A DNA stretch of 64,000 bases from an uncultured bacterium (GCA_963727525.1 CAVSGO010000007.1:1664001-1728000); one strand, 5' to 3'; counted from the first letter of the stretch, positions 1 through 10,541 are shown. The notes: generated from the letters alone by a model not told the origin. Numbers and translations are program-made.

Positions 1-300
1 AAGGTGTCGGGGCAGCCATCAGTGTCCTTGTAGCCGTCGAAATCCTCGGGCTCGTCGGGACACTGGTCGAGCCGGTCCACGATGCCGTCGCCGTCGTTGT
101 CGGGATCGGGACAGCCGTCGGCGTCCTGGTAGCCATCGATGTCCTCGGCCTCGTCGGGACACTGATCGAAGGTGTCGAACACGCCGTCCTGATCGTTGTC
201 GACGTCCGGACAACCGTCGTCGTCCCGGAAACCGTCGCGATCCTCGGGCAGGCCGGGGCAAGCGTCTCTGCGGTCGGGAATGCCGTCGTGATCGCCGTCG
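1..300 (-). repeat. Coding repeats (TSP3-like D-x-D-x-D-G-x-x-D-x-x-D-x-C-P units)
   Basis: About three tandem CPD...DGCPD units in the minus-strand translation. Confidence 0.8.
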
Positions 301-1244
301 TGCCCGCCAAGTGAGAACTGGCGACTGATCGCGAGGCTGGAGACGAGTTTGGGGATCTCGGGATCATAGTCGGTGGCGTAGTCGTTTTTCTGCAAGGGCA
401 CCAGGTAGTTCAGCTCGACGCCCCACCCCTCGGCCAGCCCCCACCGCACGCCGGCGCCGACGGCCGTGTCATTCTCGATGACATCCACGAACCGCGTGTC
501 CACGAACTGCGCGGCCGTGTATTCCACCCACAGGATCGTCGACGCCTTGCGGAACTCGAAACCGCCGCCCCACAGCTTGTAGTCGTTGCCACCGTCGCCG
601 CCCACGCTCGCGGCGGCCGGATAGCGAGGCCACCAGGGCTGGGGCCAGAACGTCGGGTTCACACCGTAACCCTCGTCCTCGTTGCGATTCCACCGGTGCC
701 CGTAGCTGGCGAAGATCCGCATCTGCGGCAACTTCGACTCCGTCCACACGCGCACGCCGAGGCTCACGCCGGCATGGGGCGACACGACGCCCTCGCCCAG
801 TTCCCGCGCGGCCAGCGGCAGGCTGACGCCGCCGAAGAGCGTGGCCCCCAACCAGGACGGCAGGCCGGGCAGCGAATACGTCACCTCGGAGCGTCCGTCG
901 CCGAGGCCGCTGCCGGACGGCTCGGCAGGCGACGGCCAGCGGCTCCATTGGCGGTAAGGTTGCGCATAGCGCACCGTCAAGCCGGGCCAGGGGCCGTACT
1001 CGGCGCTCAGGACCCACTCCCACACCGTCGGTTCGTAGATCCCCTCGCTGCCCTTGATCACCTCCGGCTTGTAGAGACTCGGACCGAGGCTGACGGTCAG
1101 CAGGCCATCGGGAATCGCGAACGCCGACACGAGCCGGGTGCGCTGCATCGAATCCTGCGGCACGCCGGGCAACCCGCGCCCGAAGGCCACCCCCGCAGCG
1201 AGCGCGAACACGCTTGCGATCGCAATGCCCGGTCTGCGCGTCAA
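1..1244 (-). CDS. Outer-membrane protein with thrombospondin type-3 (Ca-binding) repeats, probably OmpA family; C-terminal end runs off the window
   Basis: Not in the ORF track because it has no stop in the window. TTG start at 1244 overlaps the upstream stop (TTGA). Signal-peptide-like N-terminus. The same frame reads DDGCPDVDNDQDGVFDTFDQCPDEAEDIDGYQDADGCPDPDNDGDGIVDRLDQCPDEPED near the window start. Confidence 0.8.
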   Translation of the reverse strand, partial: MTRRPGIAIASVFALAAGVAFGRGLPGVPQDSMQRTRLVSAFAIPDGLLTVSLGPSLYKPEVIKGSEGIYEPTVWEWVLSAEYGPWPGLTVRYAQPYRQWSRWPSPAEPSGSGLGDGRSEVTYSLPGLPSWLGATLFGGVSLPLAARELGEGVVSPHAGVSLGVRVWTESKLPQMRIFASYGHRWNRNEDEGYGVNPTFWPQPWWPRYPAAASVGGDGGNDYKLWGGGFEFRKASTILWVEYTAAQFVDTRFVDVIENDTAVGAGVRWGLAEGWGVELNYLVPLQKNDYATDYDPEIPKLVSSLAISRQFSLGGHDGDHDGIPDRRDACPGLPEDRDGFRDDDGCPDVDNDQDGVFDTFDQCPDEAEDIDGYQDADGCPDPDNDGDGIVDRLDQCPDEPEDFDGYKDTDGCPDT

Positions 1245-1582
1245 GCAGAGGCCTCGCCGCCGGCGGCATCGGGTGTATCCGTTGTCGCCGCGGATGGCGG
1301 CGGCGGCGCCTGGTCCTTCTTCACCTCGTCGAGGTAGTTCATCTGCAGGTCCATGACCGCGGTGTCGAGGATGCGCAGCACGCCCGCGGGCGTGTCTGTC
1401 CGGCATTTCACCTTGAGCATCTCGAGCATGTCGATCGTGGCGCGCGCCGTCGTCAGGTCGCGCTCTATCTCGCCCGACATCTCGTTCTTGATCTTGCCGA
1501 GCTGCTGCATCGCGGCCATCTGCAGGCTCATGACCAGGCCGAGCAGGATATGGTCGTGCTTGCTCAGGGTTTCATCGTTCAT
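1241..1582 (-). CDS. DUF1844-family protein
   Basis: MNDETLSKHD...AMQQLGKIKNEMSGEIERDLTTARATIDMLEMLKVKC; GGAGG RBS; ATGA overlap with the upstream gene. Confidence 0.8.
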   Translation of the reverse strand: MNDETLSKHDHILLGLVMSLQMAAMQQLGKIKNEMSGEIERDLTTARATIDMLEMLKVKCRTDTPAGVLRILDTAVMDLQMNYLDEVKKDQAPPPPSAATTDTPDAAGGEASA

Positions 1583-2643
1583 GGTGCCTCCTTGCCGTCC
1601 TGCCGGACGGCGGCTGCCTGAGGGTCGAACTCGTCGCTGATCGATCCGGTGACCTTCTCGATGAGGTCCTCCAGGGTGAGCAGGCCACGGCTGCGGCCTG
1701 CGCGGTCCACCACGATGGCGAGCTGATGCTGCTGGTGGTGCAACTCCTCGAAAAGTTCGTACGGCGAGAGGTTCCCGTCCACCAGCAGGATCGTGCGCAC
1801 CAGGGCTTCGGGTACCGGCTCGGCGAGGTCCTGCCCGGGTTCCTCCGCCTGGAAGAGCAGATCGCGCACCAGGAGGTAGCCGTTCAGCTCGGCGGACGCG
1901 TCGCCACGCAGGGGCAGGCGGCTGAATCCGCTGCGCTGCGCCACGTTCAGAGCGTCGCCCAGGCTGATCCCCGCCGGCACCGACACGATCTGGTCCAGCG
2001 GTCGCGCCATCTCGGCGATGGTCGTGCCGCTCAGGTGCAGGAACCGCTCGAGGGCGATCTGGAAGCGCCGGTCCTGCGTCCCTGGCGCCCCCTGGCCCAC
2101 GAGCAGAGCCACGAGCCCCGTGCGGTCGAGGGCGTCGCCCACGCGGCCGTCGCCCCCGGTGATCCGCTGCAGGAGCCGCGTGTAGCCGCCGAGGAGCCAG
2201 CGTACGGGCGCCACGACGACCATGAACGCGCGCAGCCCCGGCACCGACGCGATCGTCAGGCGCTCCGGATACTCGCGGTAGAGGATCTTCGGGATGATCT
2301 CGCCGAAGATGACCATCACGGTGGCCGTGATCGCCACCGCCAGCCACCCGCCCTGGTGGCCGAACCGCGCGACGAGGGCGGCCGTCACGAGGGAGCTGGC
2401 GAGGATCGTGAAGAGATTCGTGCCCACGAGACAGGTGAGGATAGCGTCCTCGAGGTGGGTCAGCAGCCGCAGCAACGCCGCCACGCCGCGCTGGCCACCG
2501 CCGGCCATCCGGCGCAGTCGTAGCCGGCTCACCGTGAGGAACCCGGTCTCGGTGCCCGAGAAGAACGCCGCAAACACCACGCACACCACGACGACGAGCA
2601 CCAGCTCGCCCGTCGGCAACACCAGGGAGCCGCCCACGTGCAT
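1579..2643 (-). CDS. CNNM (DUF21)+CBS protein, hemolysin/CorB-like, without the C-terminal CorC_HlyC domain
   Basis: FFSGTETGF, GEIIPK, GFSRLP, GLLTLEDLIEKVTGSISDEFD. Confidence 0.85.
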   Translation of the reverse strand: MHVGGSLVLPTGELVLVVVVCVVFAAFFSGTETGFLTVSRLRLRRMAGGGQRGVAALLRLLTHLEDAILTCLVGTNLFTILASSLVTAALVARFGHQGGWLAVAITATVMVIFGEIIPKILYREYPERLTIASVPGLRAFMVVVAPVRWLLGGYTRLLQRITGGDGRVGDALDRTGLVALLVGQGAPGTQDRRFQIALERFLHLSGTTIAEMARPLDQIVSVPAGISLGDALNVAQRSGFSRLPLRGDASAELNGYLLVRDLLFQAEEPGQDLAEPVPEALVRTILLVDGNLSPYELFEELHHQQHQLAIVVDRAGRSRGLLTLEDLIEKVTGSISDEFDPQAAAVRQDGKEAP

Positions 2644-3893
2644 CAGGCCCGCACCTCCTCGCCTGGCGCGTCGCCCTGGCGTACGACCTCCACGCTCTCG
2701 ATCCGGTGCCCCTGCATCGCCAGCACCCGCATCTGGGCCACCCCCACGTGTAGGTCGTCGCCGGGGCTGGGAATGCGCCCGAGCGTCGCCATTACGTACC
2801 CGGCCAGCGTGACGTAATCGCGGGACGGCGGCAGGTCGATACCCGTGGCCTCGGCGAACGCCCGCAGGTCGATGCGCCCACCCACGATCCAGCGCTGCTC
2901 GCCGGTGGGTACGACCAGGGGTTGACGCCGCGCGACGTCGCCCACGCGGCCGATCAGCGCCTGCAGGCAATCGGCCAGCGTGACGATGCCGACGAAGTCA
3001 CCGTGCTCGTCCACGACCGCCGCCATGTGCCCGCGCCCGGTGCGCATCTCCGCCAGCAATGACGCCACGTCCTTGCTTTCGGGCACCACCGGCAGGGGGC
3101 GCAGCTCGCCGCGCAGCGGCTGACGGTCGTGGCGCCGACGCAGCAGGTCCTTCACGTGGAACAGGCCCTCGGGATACGCCCCCTCTGCCGGCACCACGGG
3201 GTAGCGGTTGAATCCCGCGCGCCGCACCTCGGCAAGGATGCGCCCGCGATCCCACGCACGATCGAGGGTGATCACGTCCGGCCGCGGCACCATGATCTGC
3301 CGGACCTCGAGGTCCCGCAGGGTGAGCAGGCGAGCCAGACTACGCCCCTCCGTCTGCGAGAGCGTGGCTTCCTCCACCGCGAGGTCGCACGCCGTCTGCA
3401 GCTCGGCCGCCGCCAGGGGCCGGCTCCCCGTGCGCTCGGCCGGCACGAGGCGCAGGACCCGCTCCAGACCCGACGTGATGACGCGCACCAGCGGCGACGT
3501 GATCGCCACCCAGACCCGCAGCGGTGCCTGCATCGTCAGCACGATGCCGTCGCGCCGGTTCAGCGCCAGCAGCTTCGGCGTGATCTCCCCCACCAGCAGC
3601 AGTAGCAGGGTCGCCACCGGCACGGCCACCACGACGCCCCGGGGGCCAAAAAGGCCCAGGCACATGGAGGTGGCGACGACACCGGTCGCCGTGTTGACAA
3701 GGAGGTTTCCGATGAGCAGAGCCGCGAGCAGATCGTTGGGGCGCCGCGCCAGCGACGACGCGCCACGCCCGGCGTTCCCGCGCTCGCGCAACTGGGCGAG
3801 GTCGGCGGGCCCCAGGGAAAAGAACGCCGTCTCCGAGCCGGAAAAGACCGCGGAGAGCAGCAGGAGGACCCCCAGCAAGACGATCGAATCCAA
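2643..3893 (-). CDS. Hemolysin-family CNNM+CBS+CorC_HlyC Mg/Co transporter
   Basis: FSGSETAFFSL, GEITPK, IMVPR, VVDEHG, YVTLAG; TTG start after a GAGGAG RBS. Confidence 0.88.
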   Translation of the reverse strand: MDSIVLLGVLLLLSAVFSGSETAFFSLGPADLAQLRERGNAGRGASSLARRPNDLLAALLIGNLLVNTATGVVATSMCLGLFGPRGVVVAVPVATLLLLLVGEITPKLLALNRRDGIVLTMQAPLRVWVAITSPLVRVITSGLERVLRLVPAERTGSRPLAAAELQTACDLAVEEATLSQTEGRSLARLLTLRDLEVRQIMVPRPDVITLDRAWDRGRILAEVRRAGFNRYPVVPAEGAYPEGLFHVKDLLRRRHDRQPLRGELRPLPVVPESKDVASLLAEMRTGRGHMAAVVDEHGDFVGIVTLADCLQALIGRVGDVARRQPLVVPTGEQRWIVGGRIDLRAFAEATGIDLPPSRDYVTLAGYVMATLGRIPSPGDDLHVGVAQMRVLAMQGHRIESVEVVRQGDAPGEEVRA

Positions 3894-4040
3894 CGTCTCC
3901 TCTTCCGATGTGTCGATGCTGTCGCAGGATAGCCGGTTCCTTGACACCATGCAAGGCTCTCACTAAGATGCGGCGACCGCGCCCCGGGACCGCGGCTGTA
4001 GCCGCTGCCCACCCTGGGGCGCTCTCTCGATGAGGTGAGG

Positions 4041-5054
4041 ATGAGTGCCCCGCGCGAGATCCTGATCATCCGGTTCGGGTCGCTGGGCGACCTCTGCCTG
4101 CTCGGCTGGAGCTTGAGCCGGCTCGCGCGCCCGCCCGCATCGACGGCGTGCCGCGTCACGCTGGTCACCAAGGCCGCCTATGCCGATCTGGCCTCGCGCT
4201 TCACCGGCGTCGACGCTGTCGCCGCTCTGCGCCCCGGCCAGCCGGCCCACCTCGTCGCCCTCGCCAATGATCTGCGCGGTACGAACTGGGATACCGTGTT
4301 CGACGCCCACGGCGTGCTACGCAGCGACATCCTCACCATGCTCCTGGGTCGCCGCCCGCGAGCACGCATCGCCAAGGACACCGCGGCGCGCCTGCGGCTC
4401 CTGCGCGGGGCGCCGGCGGGCGCCGCCCTGGCCCGCACGATGCGCGACCGCTTCGATGCGGTGCTCGCGCCGCTCGGCCCCGTCCTGTCCCGCCCCCCGT
4501 CGCCGCCACTGGCCACGCTGGCCGGGGCGCCACGCGAGGCGCTAGGCATCGCCCCCGGCGCGCAGTGGGACACCAAACGGTGGCCGGCCGAGCATTTCGC
4601 GTCGTGCATCCAGGCGTTCCGGCAGCACAGCGATGCCCCCGTGCGGGTCTTTCTCGGCCCGCGCGAGGCCGACTGGTTCGCACGCAGCCCCCTCGCCGCA
4701 CTCCCGGGCCTCGAGATCTGGCGCGACCGCGCGCTCGTCGACGTGGCCGGCGGTCTGGCCGGCTGCCGCCTCGTCGTCTGCAACGACAGCGGTCTCATGC
4801 ACCTCGCCGAGGCCGTCGGCACGCCGGTGGTGGCGCTCTTCGGCCCCACGGTGCGCGCGTTCGGCTACTTTCCCCAGTTGCCCACGAGCCGCGTGATCGA
4901 GATCACGGATCTCGACTGCCGCCCCTGCTCGCGCAACGGGAAGCGGCCGTGCTGGCGCGGCGATCACGCCTGTCTGGTACGCATCGGGCCCGAACGCGTG
5001 ATCGCGGCCATGAGCGTCGGCCGCGGTGGACGCACCGCGGGAGACGCGCGATGA
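4041..5054 (+). CDS. Glycosyltransferase family 9 (LPS heptosyltransferase-like)
   Basis: IIRFGSLGD, APGAQWDTKRWP, NDSGLMHLAEAVGTPVVALFGPT, CRPC. Confidence 0.9.
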   Translation: MSAPREILIIRFGSLGDLCLLGWSLSRLARPPASTACRVTLVTKAAYADLASRFTGVDAVAALRPGQPAHLVALANDLRGTNWDTVFDAHGVLRSDILTMLLGRRPRARIAKDTAARLRLLRGAPAGAALARTMRDRFDAVLAPLGPVLSRPPSPPLATLAGAPREALGIAPGAQWDTKRWPAEHFASCIQAFRQHSDAPVRVFLGPREADWFARSPLAALPGLEIWRDRALVDVAGGLAGCRLVVCNDSGLMHLAEAVGTPVVALFGPTVRAFGYFPQLPTSRVIEITDLDCRPCSRNGKRPCWRGDHACLVRIGPERVIAAMSVGRGGRTAGDAR

Positions 5055-6340
5055 GAAAACCCGGACTCCTGCTGCGTCTCTACGGCCTCGTCGCGCCGGC
5101 GCTGATCGGCGGCCTGCCCGCGCTGACCCCGTTCTCGGCGAAGCTGCGCGAGGGTCTGGCCGGACGCGCCGGCATCATGGATCGCCTCCTCGCCGCGGCG
5201 CCCTGGGTGCGCGGCGGCGTGTGGGTGCATGCCACGAGTGTCGGCGAATACGAGCAGGCGCGCCCGGTCATCGCCGCCCTGCGCGAGCGTCCCGAGGCCG
5301 CGCGGCCGCCGATCGTCGTCACGCACTTCTCGCCCTCGGGCTATGAATTCGCGCGTAAGCGACCGGCTGGCGACGTGCACGACTACCTGCCGTTCGACGA
5401 TCCCGCGGCCATGCGCCGGCTCGTCGCCGTCTGGCAGCCACGTCTGCTGCTCTTCGTGAAGTTCGATTGCTGGCCCAATCTCGTGGTGGCGGCCGACGCG
5501 GCGCACGTCCCCGTGGTGCTGCTCGCGGGATCGCTGCAACCACGTTCGGCGCGGCTGCGGCCTGGCGGCAAGCAGCTCTTCCGCGACGTCTTCGACCGCT
5601 TCGCCCATATCGGCGTGAGCACCGAGGAGGACCGGCGGCGCTTCGTCGAGGACCTGGGCGTACGCGCGCCTGTGACGGTGACGGGCGATACGCGCATCGA
5701 TCAGGTGGTGCGGCGTTACGAGGCCGCCCACGATGGCCCGGTAGCCGCGCGCCTGCGGGCACGCGGTGGCCGGCGCCTCGTGCTGGGTAGCACGTGGCCG
5801 CCCGACGAGAAGCTCTGGTTGCCCGTGCTACCGGACCTGCTCGCGCGATTCCCGGACCTGCACGTCGTCCTCGTGCCGCACGAACCGCTGCCCGCGCGCC
5901 TCGTCGCCCTGGAGGCCGGCCTCGCCGCGCGCGGCATCGCCACGGCCCGGCTGAGCGCGGTCATGGCCGACGCGAAGGCCACCCCTCGCTGCGTGCTGGT
6001 CGACTCCATTGGCGTGCTCGCGGAGATCTACCGCGCCGGGGCGCTGGCCTACGTCGGCGGCAGCTTCACCACCGGCGTGCACAACACCATGGAGCCGGCT
6101 GTCGCCGGCTTGCCGGTGCTCTTCGGCCCGGTGATCGAGAATGCCGAGGAAGCCGGCGAACTCGTCCGCCGCGAGGCTGGCTGGGTGGTCGCCCGTCCCG
6201 AGGACGCACGCGACCGCGCGGCAGCGTTGCTCGGCGACGCGGACGCCCTCGCCGCCGCGGGCGCGGCGGCACGCAGCGTGGTACTCGCCCAGCGCGGCGC
6301 CACGGCCCGGAGTCTGGCCGTCCTGGCCCCGTTTGTATAG
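5051..6340 (+). CDS. waaA: 3-deoxy-D-manno-octulosonic acid (Kdo) transferase
   Basis: WVHATSVGEYEQ, YLPFD, GDTRID, GSTWP, VPHEP, YVGGSF...HNTMEPA. Confidence 0.9.
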   Translation: MRKPGLLLRLYGLVAPALIGGLPALTPFSAKLREGLAGRAGIMDRLLAAAPWVRGGVWVHATSVGEYEQARPVIAALRERPEAARPPIVVTHFSPSGYEFARKRPAGDVHDYLPFDDPAAMRRLVAVWQPRLLLFVKFDCWPNLVVAADAAHVPVVLLAGSLQPRSARLRPGGKQLFRDVFDRFAHIGVSTEEDRRRFVEDLGVRAPVTVTGDTRIDQVVRRYEAAHDGPVAARLRARGGRRLVLGSTWPPDEKLWLPVLPDLLARFPDLHVVLVPHEPLPARLVALEAGLAARGIATARLSAVMADAKATPRCVLVDSIGVLAEIYRAGALAYVGGSFTTGVHNTMEPAVAGLPVLFGPVIENAEEAGELVRREAGWVVARPEDARDRAAALLGDADALAAAGAAARSVVLAQRGATARSLAVLAPFV

Positions 6341-6357
6341 CTTGCGAGGAATTGCCG

Positions 6358-7338
6358 ATGATGACGACCCACTCCACCGAAAGGACCACCATGCGCCCCG
6401 CGCAGGCAGATCGGATCGCTCTCACCGCCGCCACGCCGGCGCCGGCCGACGCCGCGACGCGCTGGCGCATGCCCTACGCGGAGCGTCCACGCTACATCCA
6501 GCTCGAGACCGTCACCAAGTGCAATGCGCGCTGCCCCTTCTGTCCGCAGCACGAGATCGACCGCGGCGTGCCCAAGATGAGCGAGGAGACCTGGAAGCGC
6601 GTGGTCGACCAGACCCGGGGCTGGGGCGTGACGTACCGCCCGTTCCTGACCAATGAACCTTTCGTGGACGTGCGCCAGCCCGAGATCTGCCGGTACATCA
6701 AGGACAACGATCCTACGGCGCGCGTGGAGTACAACACGAACGGCGAGTTGATGACCGAGAAGACGGCGCGCGCCATCCTCGCCGCCGGCGTCGACATCGT
6801 CCGCTTCTCGGTCGACGGCCTCAGCCGCGAGACCTACGAGCCCTCGCGCGTGGGCGTGAATTTCGACCACGTGTACGAGCGCGTGCCCCGCTTCCTCGAG
6901 ATCTGGCGAGAGGAGGGCTACGAGGAGAAGGGCGTGTTCACCGAGGTGCGCATGATCGAGGTGCCTGAGAATCGGCACGAGATCGACGACTACCGCGCGT
7001 TCTGGAGCCCGCGCTGCAGCGACGTCGTGGTCACCCAGCTCTACCAGTGGCCGTGGACCGGCCAGACGCGCGCCGACACCGTGCGCAAGCCGTGCCTGAA
7101 GATCCTCGACGAGCTTTTCTTCTACGCCAATGGCAATGCCACGATCTGCTGCTGGGACGTGCATGAACGCGCCGTGATCGGCAATGTGCACGAGATCACG
7201 GTGGAAGAGATCTGGCGCAGCAACGCGGCGCGGCACCTGCGCGCCATGCTCGACGACGGACGGCGTGACCTCATCCATCTCTGCAGCCATTGCAACGCGT
7301 ACAAGGGCTACGACTTCGACCGCTTCGCGCGTCGCTAG
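6358..7338 (+). CDS. Radical SAM protein with SPASM/twitch domain
   Basis: CNARCPFC motif; C-terminal PC...ICCWD...IGNV...CSHC; start may be 6391. Confidence 0.88.
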   Translation: MMTTHSTERTTMRPAQADRIALTAATPAPADAATRWRMPYAERPRYIQLETVTKCNARCPFCPQHEIDRGVPKMSEETWKRVVDQTRGWGVTYRPFLTNEPFVDVRQPEICRYIKDNDPTARVEYNTNGELMTEKTARAILAAGVDIVRFSVDGLSRETYEPSRVGVNFDHVYERVPRFLEIWREEGYEEKGVFTEVRMIEVPENRHEIDDYRAFWSPRCSDVVVTQLYQWPWTGQTRADTVRKPCLKILDELFFYANGNATICCWDVHERAVIGNVHEITVEEIWRSNAARHLRAMLDDGRRDLIHLCSHCNAYKGYDFDRFARR

Positions 7339-7362
7339 CAGTTCCGCGAGGGGAGATACGCC

Positions 7363-7647
7363 ATGGGCCTCTTCGACTGGTTGATCCTGTTGCTCGTGGC
7401 CGGCGTATGCGGGTCGCTCGGACAGGCGATCGGCGGCTTCGACAGGGGTGGCTGCCTCGTGTCCGTGGCGCTCGGATTCATCGGGGCGCTGCTGGGCATG
7501 TATATCGCCCGCGCCCTCTCCCTGCCCGAGCTCCTCACCTTCAGGGTCGGCGAGGCGAACTTTCCGATCGTATGGTCGATCATCGGTGCGGCGCTCTTCG
7601 TCGCCGTGCTTGGCTTCTTCTCACGCTCCCGGCCGCACAATCGCTAG
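7363..7647 (+). CDS. GlsB/YeaQ/YmgE-family membrane protein
   Basis: Three hydrophobic helices; GFIGALLG...SIIGAALFV; GGAG RBS. Confidence 0.85.
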   Translation: MGLFDWLILLLVAGVCGSLGQAIGGFDRGGCLVSVALGFIGALLGMYIARALSLPELLTFRVGEANFPIVWSIIGAALFVAVLGFFSRSRPHNR

Positions 7648-7713
7648 CGTGCGCAGCCATTGCGATCGATTGGCAGCGATCGAATATTCGTCCGGTAGTA
7701 CCTCTGGTCGTAT

Positions 7714-9093
7714 CTAGTGGCAGAGCATCTCGCTCAGGCCTCGCGACACCTGCGATAGACCACTGCCCATATCGCGCAGATGCACGCTCGCGTCCTCGCT
7801 CTGGCTGGCGATCGCAGCGTTGCTCTGGCTCACATGATCGATCAACCGCACCGCCTCCTTGATCTGCGTGATCCCGTCCGCTTGCTGGGCACTGGCCGTG
7901 ACGACGGCCGCCATCAGGGCGACCGTCTCGTCGACGTTGGACGCCATGACGCCGAGGAGCTCTTCCACACGACCCGACGCCTGCACTCCGTCCGTCGCGC
8001 TCAACTGAGACGTCTCGATCAGGGTAGCCGTTTCCTGGGCAGCCTTGGCGCTGCGCCGAGCCAGGTTGCGCACCTCCTCGGCCACCACCGCGAAGCCCTT
8101 GCCGGCGTCGCCGGCGCGCGCGGCCTCGACGGCAGCATTCAGGGCCAGGAGGTTGGTCTGGAAGGCGATCTCGTCGATGGTCTGCAGGATGCGCACGGTC
8201 TGATCCGAAGCCGACTTGATACCCTCGATCGCCGACATGAGCCCGGTCATGGCCTCGCGGCCCTCTCGTGCGCGCGCCAGCGCTTCCTGGGCGCGTTCCT
8301 GTGCGCGGTTCGCGCTCGTGACGTTTGCGGACGTCTGCGCCGCCATCGTCTCCAGCGACGCCGATGTCTCCTCGAGGCTCGCCGCCTGGTTGGTCGCCCC
8401 CTCCACCATCTGAGCGCTCGTCTGCGCGAGATCCCCGGCGGCCTCCGTCAGGCCCACGACGTCGTGTTGCAGACGACTAGCCGCCGAGCCGACGGGGCCC
8501 ATGACGAAGCGGTTGATGAAGAACGCAAGCGCCAGGCTCGAGACGATCACCGCCACGAGGCCGCTCAGCGGTGTGGCCCAGGACACTCGGACCAGCGCGC
8601 GATCGGTTGCCGCCGTGTCGAGGGTCACGCTCGCCACGCCGAGCACGTCGCCCTCCCGCGTATTGGCATGGCATTCGAGACAGCTCGCAACGGCGAGCAC
8701 GGGCTGCACACATCGAAAGGAATGCTCCTTCCGATCCACGAGCACCTGCGGCTGTCCGCTCGCGAGCACGGCTCTGTCGATCTCGTCATGCGCCTCGGCG
8801 CCCGCGCGCTTCCCGAACTCCGTTTCCACACCCGGCGCGCGGACAGCGCGCACCTCCTCCAGGCCTGGCTGATCGGCGACTGCATCGAGAAAATGGCGCA
8901 GCCCATCCATGTCTCCGATCACGCCGAAGGCCATCATGGCGTCCGTGAGACTGCTGGCCAGAAGTTGCGTCGACTCCTTCTCCTGCGCCCGGGCCAGATT
9001 GTACGTCCACGTGGAATTCACGAAGACGGCGCCGCCAAGAACCACGACGAGGCATGCCGACACCAACACGATCAGTTTTTCCCGGATATTCAT
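7714..9093 (-). CDS. Methyl-accepting chemotaxis protein with periplasmic CxxCH sensor
   Basis: [37 protein letters not shown] signature; two TM helices; SCLECH. Confidence 0.93.
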   Translation of the reverse strand: MNIREKLIVLVSACLVVVLGGAVFVNSTWTYNLARAQEKESTQLLASSLTDAMMAFGVIGDMDGLRHFLDAVADQPGLEEVRAVRAPGVETEFGKRAGAEAHDEIDRAVLASGQPQVLVDRKEHSFRCVQPVLAVASCLECHANTREGDVLGVASVTLDTAATDRALVRVSWATPLSGLVAVIVSSLALAFFINRFVMGPVGSAASRLQHDVVGLTEAAGDLAQTSAQMVEGATNQAASLEETSASLETMAAQTSANVTSANRAQERAQEALARAREGREAMTGLMSAIEGIKSASDQTVRILQTIDEIAFQTNLLALNAAVEAARAGDAGKGFAVVAEEVRNLARRSAKAAQETATLIETSQLSATDGVQASGRVEELLGVMASNVDETVALMAAVVTASAQQADGITQIKEAVRLIDHVSQSNAAIASQSEDASVHLRDMGSGLSQVSRGLSEMLCH

Positions 9094-9148
9094 GGCTGCT
9101 TCCCCCGATTGGCCAGAACTGTTAAAATTTTACCGTATGGTGTTTCAT

Positions 9149-9175
9149 TAGTCGGGAGAAAACACGCCGCCTTGA
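9149..9175 (-). promoter_or_regulatory. Putative sigma28 (FliA)-type promoter of the MCP gene
   Basis: TCAA-N15-CCCGACTA versus consensus TAAA-N15-GCCGATAA, in an AT-rich gap. Confidence 0.45.
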
Positions 9176-9201
9176 GCCTGAATTTTCGCAAATATGGAGG
9201 T

Positions 9202-9888
9202 TCAGGCGTACGGGATGGGATCAGCGGTTCCGACGAGGTCGAATCCGCGCCGGCGCAGAAGGCAGCTCTCACATCGCCCACACGCCACGTCCTCGCGCAC
9301 GTAGCAGGACCAGGTGAGGTGCAGCGGGGCGCCGAGCGCCAGCCCGCGGCGTACGATATCGGTCTTCTGCAGGTGGATGAGCGGCGTGTGGATGGCGACG
9401 CGCGTCTCGGGGCGGGTGCCCTCGTCGATCGCTGCCTGGAACGCTCGATAGAACACCTCGCGGCAATCGGGGTAGCCGCTACTGTCTTCCTGGACGGCAC
9501 CGATGAACAGCGCCCGGGCCCCCGTCACCTCGGCCCAGCTCGTGGCGATGCAGAGCAGGTGCGCGTTGCGAAACGGCACGTAAGTCGAGGGAATACCGGC
9601 ACCGTCTGCGGGCAAGCCCTCCTCCACGGCCTGCGACCCATCCAGCAGGCTCGAGCCGCCGATGGCCGCGAGATGGGCGATGTCCACGACGAGTCGATGC
9701 GCGGCCGGCACGGCATAGTGGCCGGCGATGTCGTGGAACGCGCGCAGTTCCCGTTCCTGCGTCCGCTGGCCGTAGTTCACGTGCAACAGCGCGAGGTCGT
9801 GCGCCACCGCAGCCTCGGCGACGCACACGCAGGAATCGAGGCCGCCACTGGCGAGCACCACGGCCAGCGGGCGAGGCGACGCCGCCAT
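9202..9888 (-). CDS. queC: 7-cyano-7-deazaguanine synthase
   Basis: SGGLDS, NYGQR, TYVPFRN, GYPDCR, TWSCY...CGRCESC. Confidence 0.96.
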   Translation of the reverse strand: MAASPRPLAVVLASGGLDSCVCVAEAAVAHDLALLHVNYGQRTQERELRAFHDIAGHYAVPAAHRLVVDIAHLAAIGGSSLLDGSQAVEEGLPADGAGIPSTYVPFRNAHLLCIATSWAEVTGARALFIGAVQEDSSGYPDCREVFYRAFQAAIDEGTRPETRVAIHTPLIHLQKTDIVRRGLALGAPLHLTWSCYVREDVACGRCESCLLRRRGFDLVGTADPIPYA

Positions 9889-10541
9889 CACACGCCTCCT
9901 TCGGCTTCGGGCCAGACGACCTTGTGAAGCTGGATCTGAAAACGCACAGGGAGACGGTCGGCCAGGATCCATTCGGCCAGATCTCGCGGCGCCAGCGCAC
10001 CGTATCCAGGCGAGAACGTGACGGGCACGCCACGGGGCAGGCGGTTCTCCCGCTGCAGGCCCCGCGCCCATTCGTAGTCGGCACGATCGCTGAGCACGAG
10101 CTTCAGCTCGTCGTCGGCTCCCAGGGTCGCGATACCGTCCCAGTCGATCACCTCGGGCGCGAGGCCGCTGCCAGGCGTCTTGATGTCCACGACGCGGCAC
10201 ACCCCGACAGGAACCTCCGCGAGCGCCACCGCGCATCCCAAGGTCCCGCTGGTCTCCAGCACCACGCGGTAGCCATCGCCCACGAGCTGGGCCATGAGCG
10301 TGGCACATTCCTTCTGAAGGAGGGGCTCGCCACCGGTCACCAGCACCGTCCCGAAGCCGATGGCCGCCACCCGCGCCCGGATCGTCGCGAGATCCAGGCG
10401 CTCACCGCCCTGGAACGCGTATGCCGTGTCGCAGTATACGCAGCGGCGGTGGCAACCGGTCAGGCGCACGATGGCGCACGTGTCGCCACCATGGCGTGAC
10501 TCCCCGAGGATTGCCGCGTATATTTCGCGGACGAGCAGCAT
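9888..10541 (-). CDS. queE: 7-carboxy-7-deazaguanine synthase (radical SAM)
   Basis: ILGES...[28 protein letters not shown]; adjacent to queC. Confidence 0.93.
   Translation of the reverse strand: MLLVREIYAAILGESRHGGDTCAIVRLTGCHRRCVYCDTAYAFQGGERLDLATIRARVAAIGFGTVLVTGGEPLLQKECATLMAQLVGDGYRVVLETSGTLGCAVALAEVPVGVCRVVDIKTPGSGLAPEVIDWDGIATLGADDELKLVLSDRADYEWARGLQRENRLPRGVPVTFSPGYGALAPRDLAEWILADRLPVRFQIQLHKVVWPEAEGGV

Noticed and set aside
1-300. Regularly spaced repeats resembling a CRISPR array
   Set aside because: They are degenerate in-frame coding repeats (TSP3), with no constant repeat-spacer structure and no cas genes.
469-1269. 266-aa minus-strand ORF from the track
   Set aside because: Arg-rich off-frame translation; the real gene is the open frame from 1244 to the window edge.
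9202-10541. queC/queE as a 7-deazaguanine DNA-modification (dpd) or QueC-based defence system
   Set aside because: Canonical sizes and motifs, with no dpdA, TatD or other defence genes nearby; most simply queuosine biosynthesis. No preQ1 riboswitch recognised.
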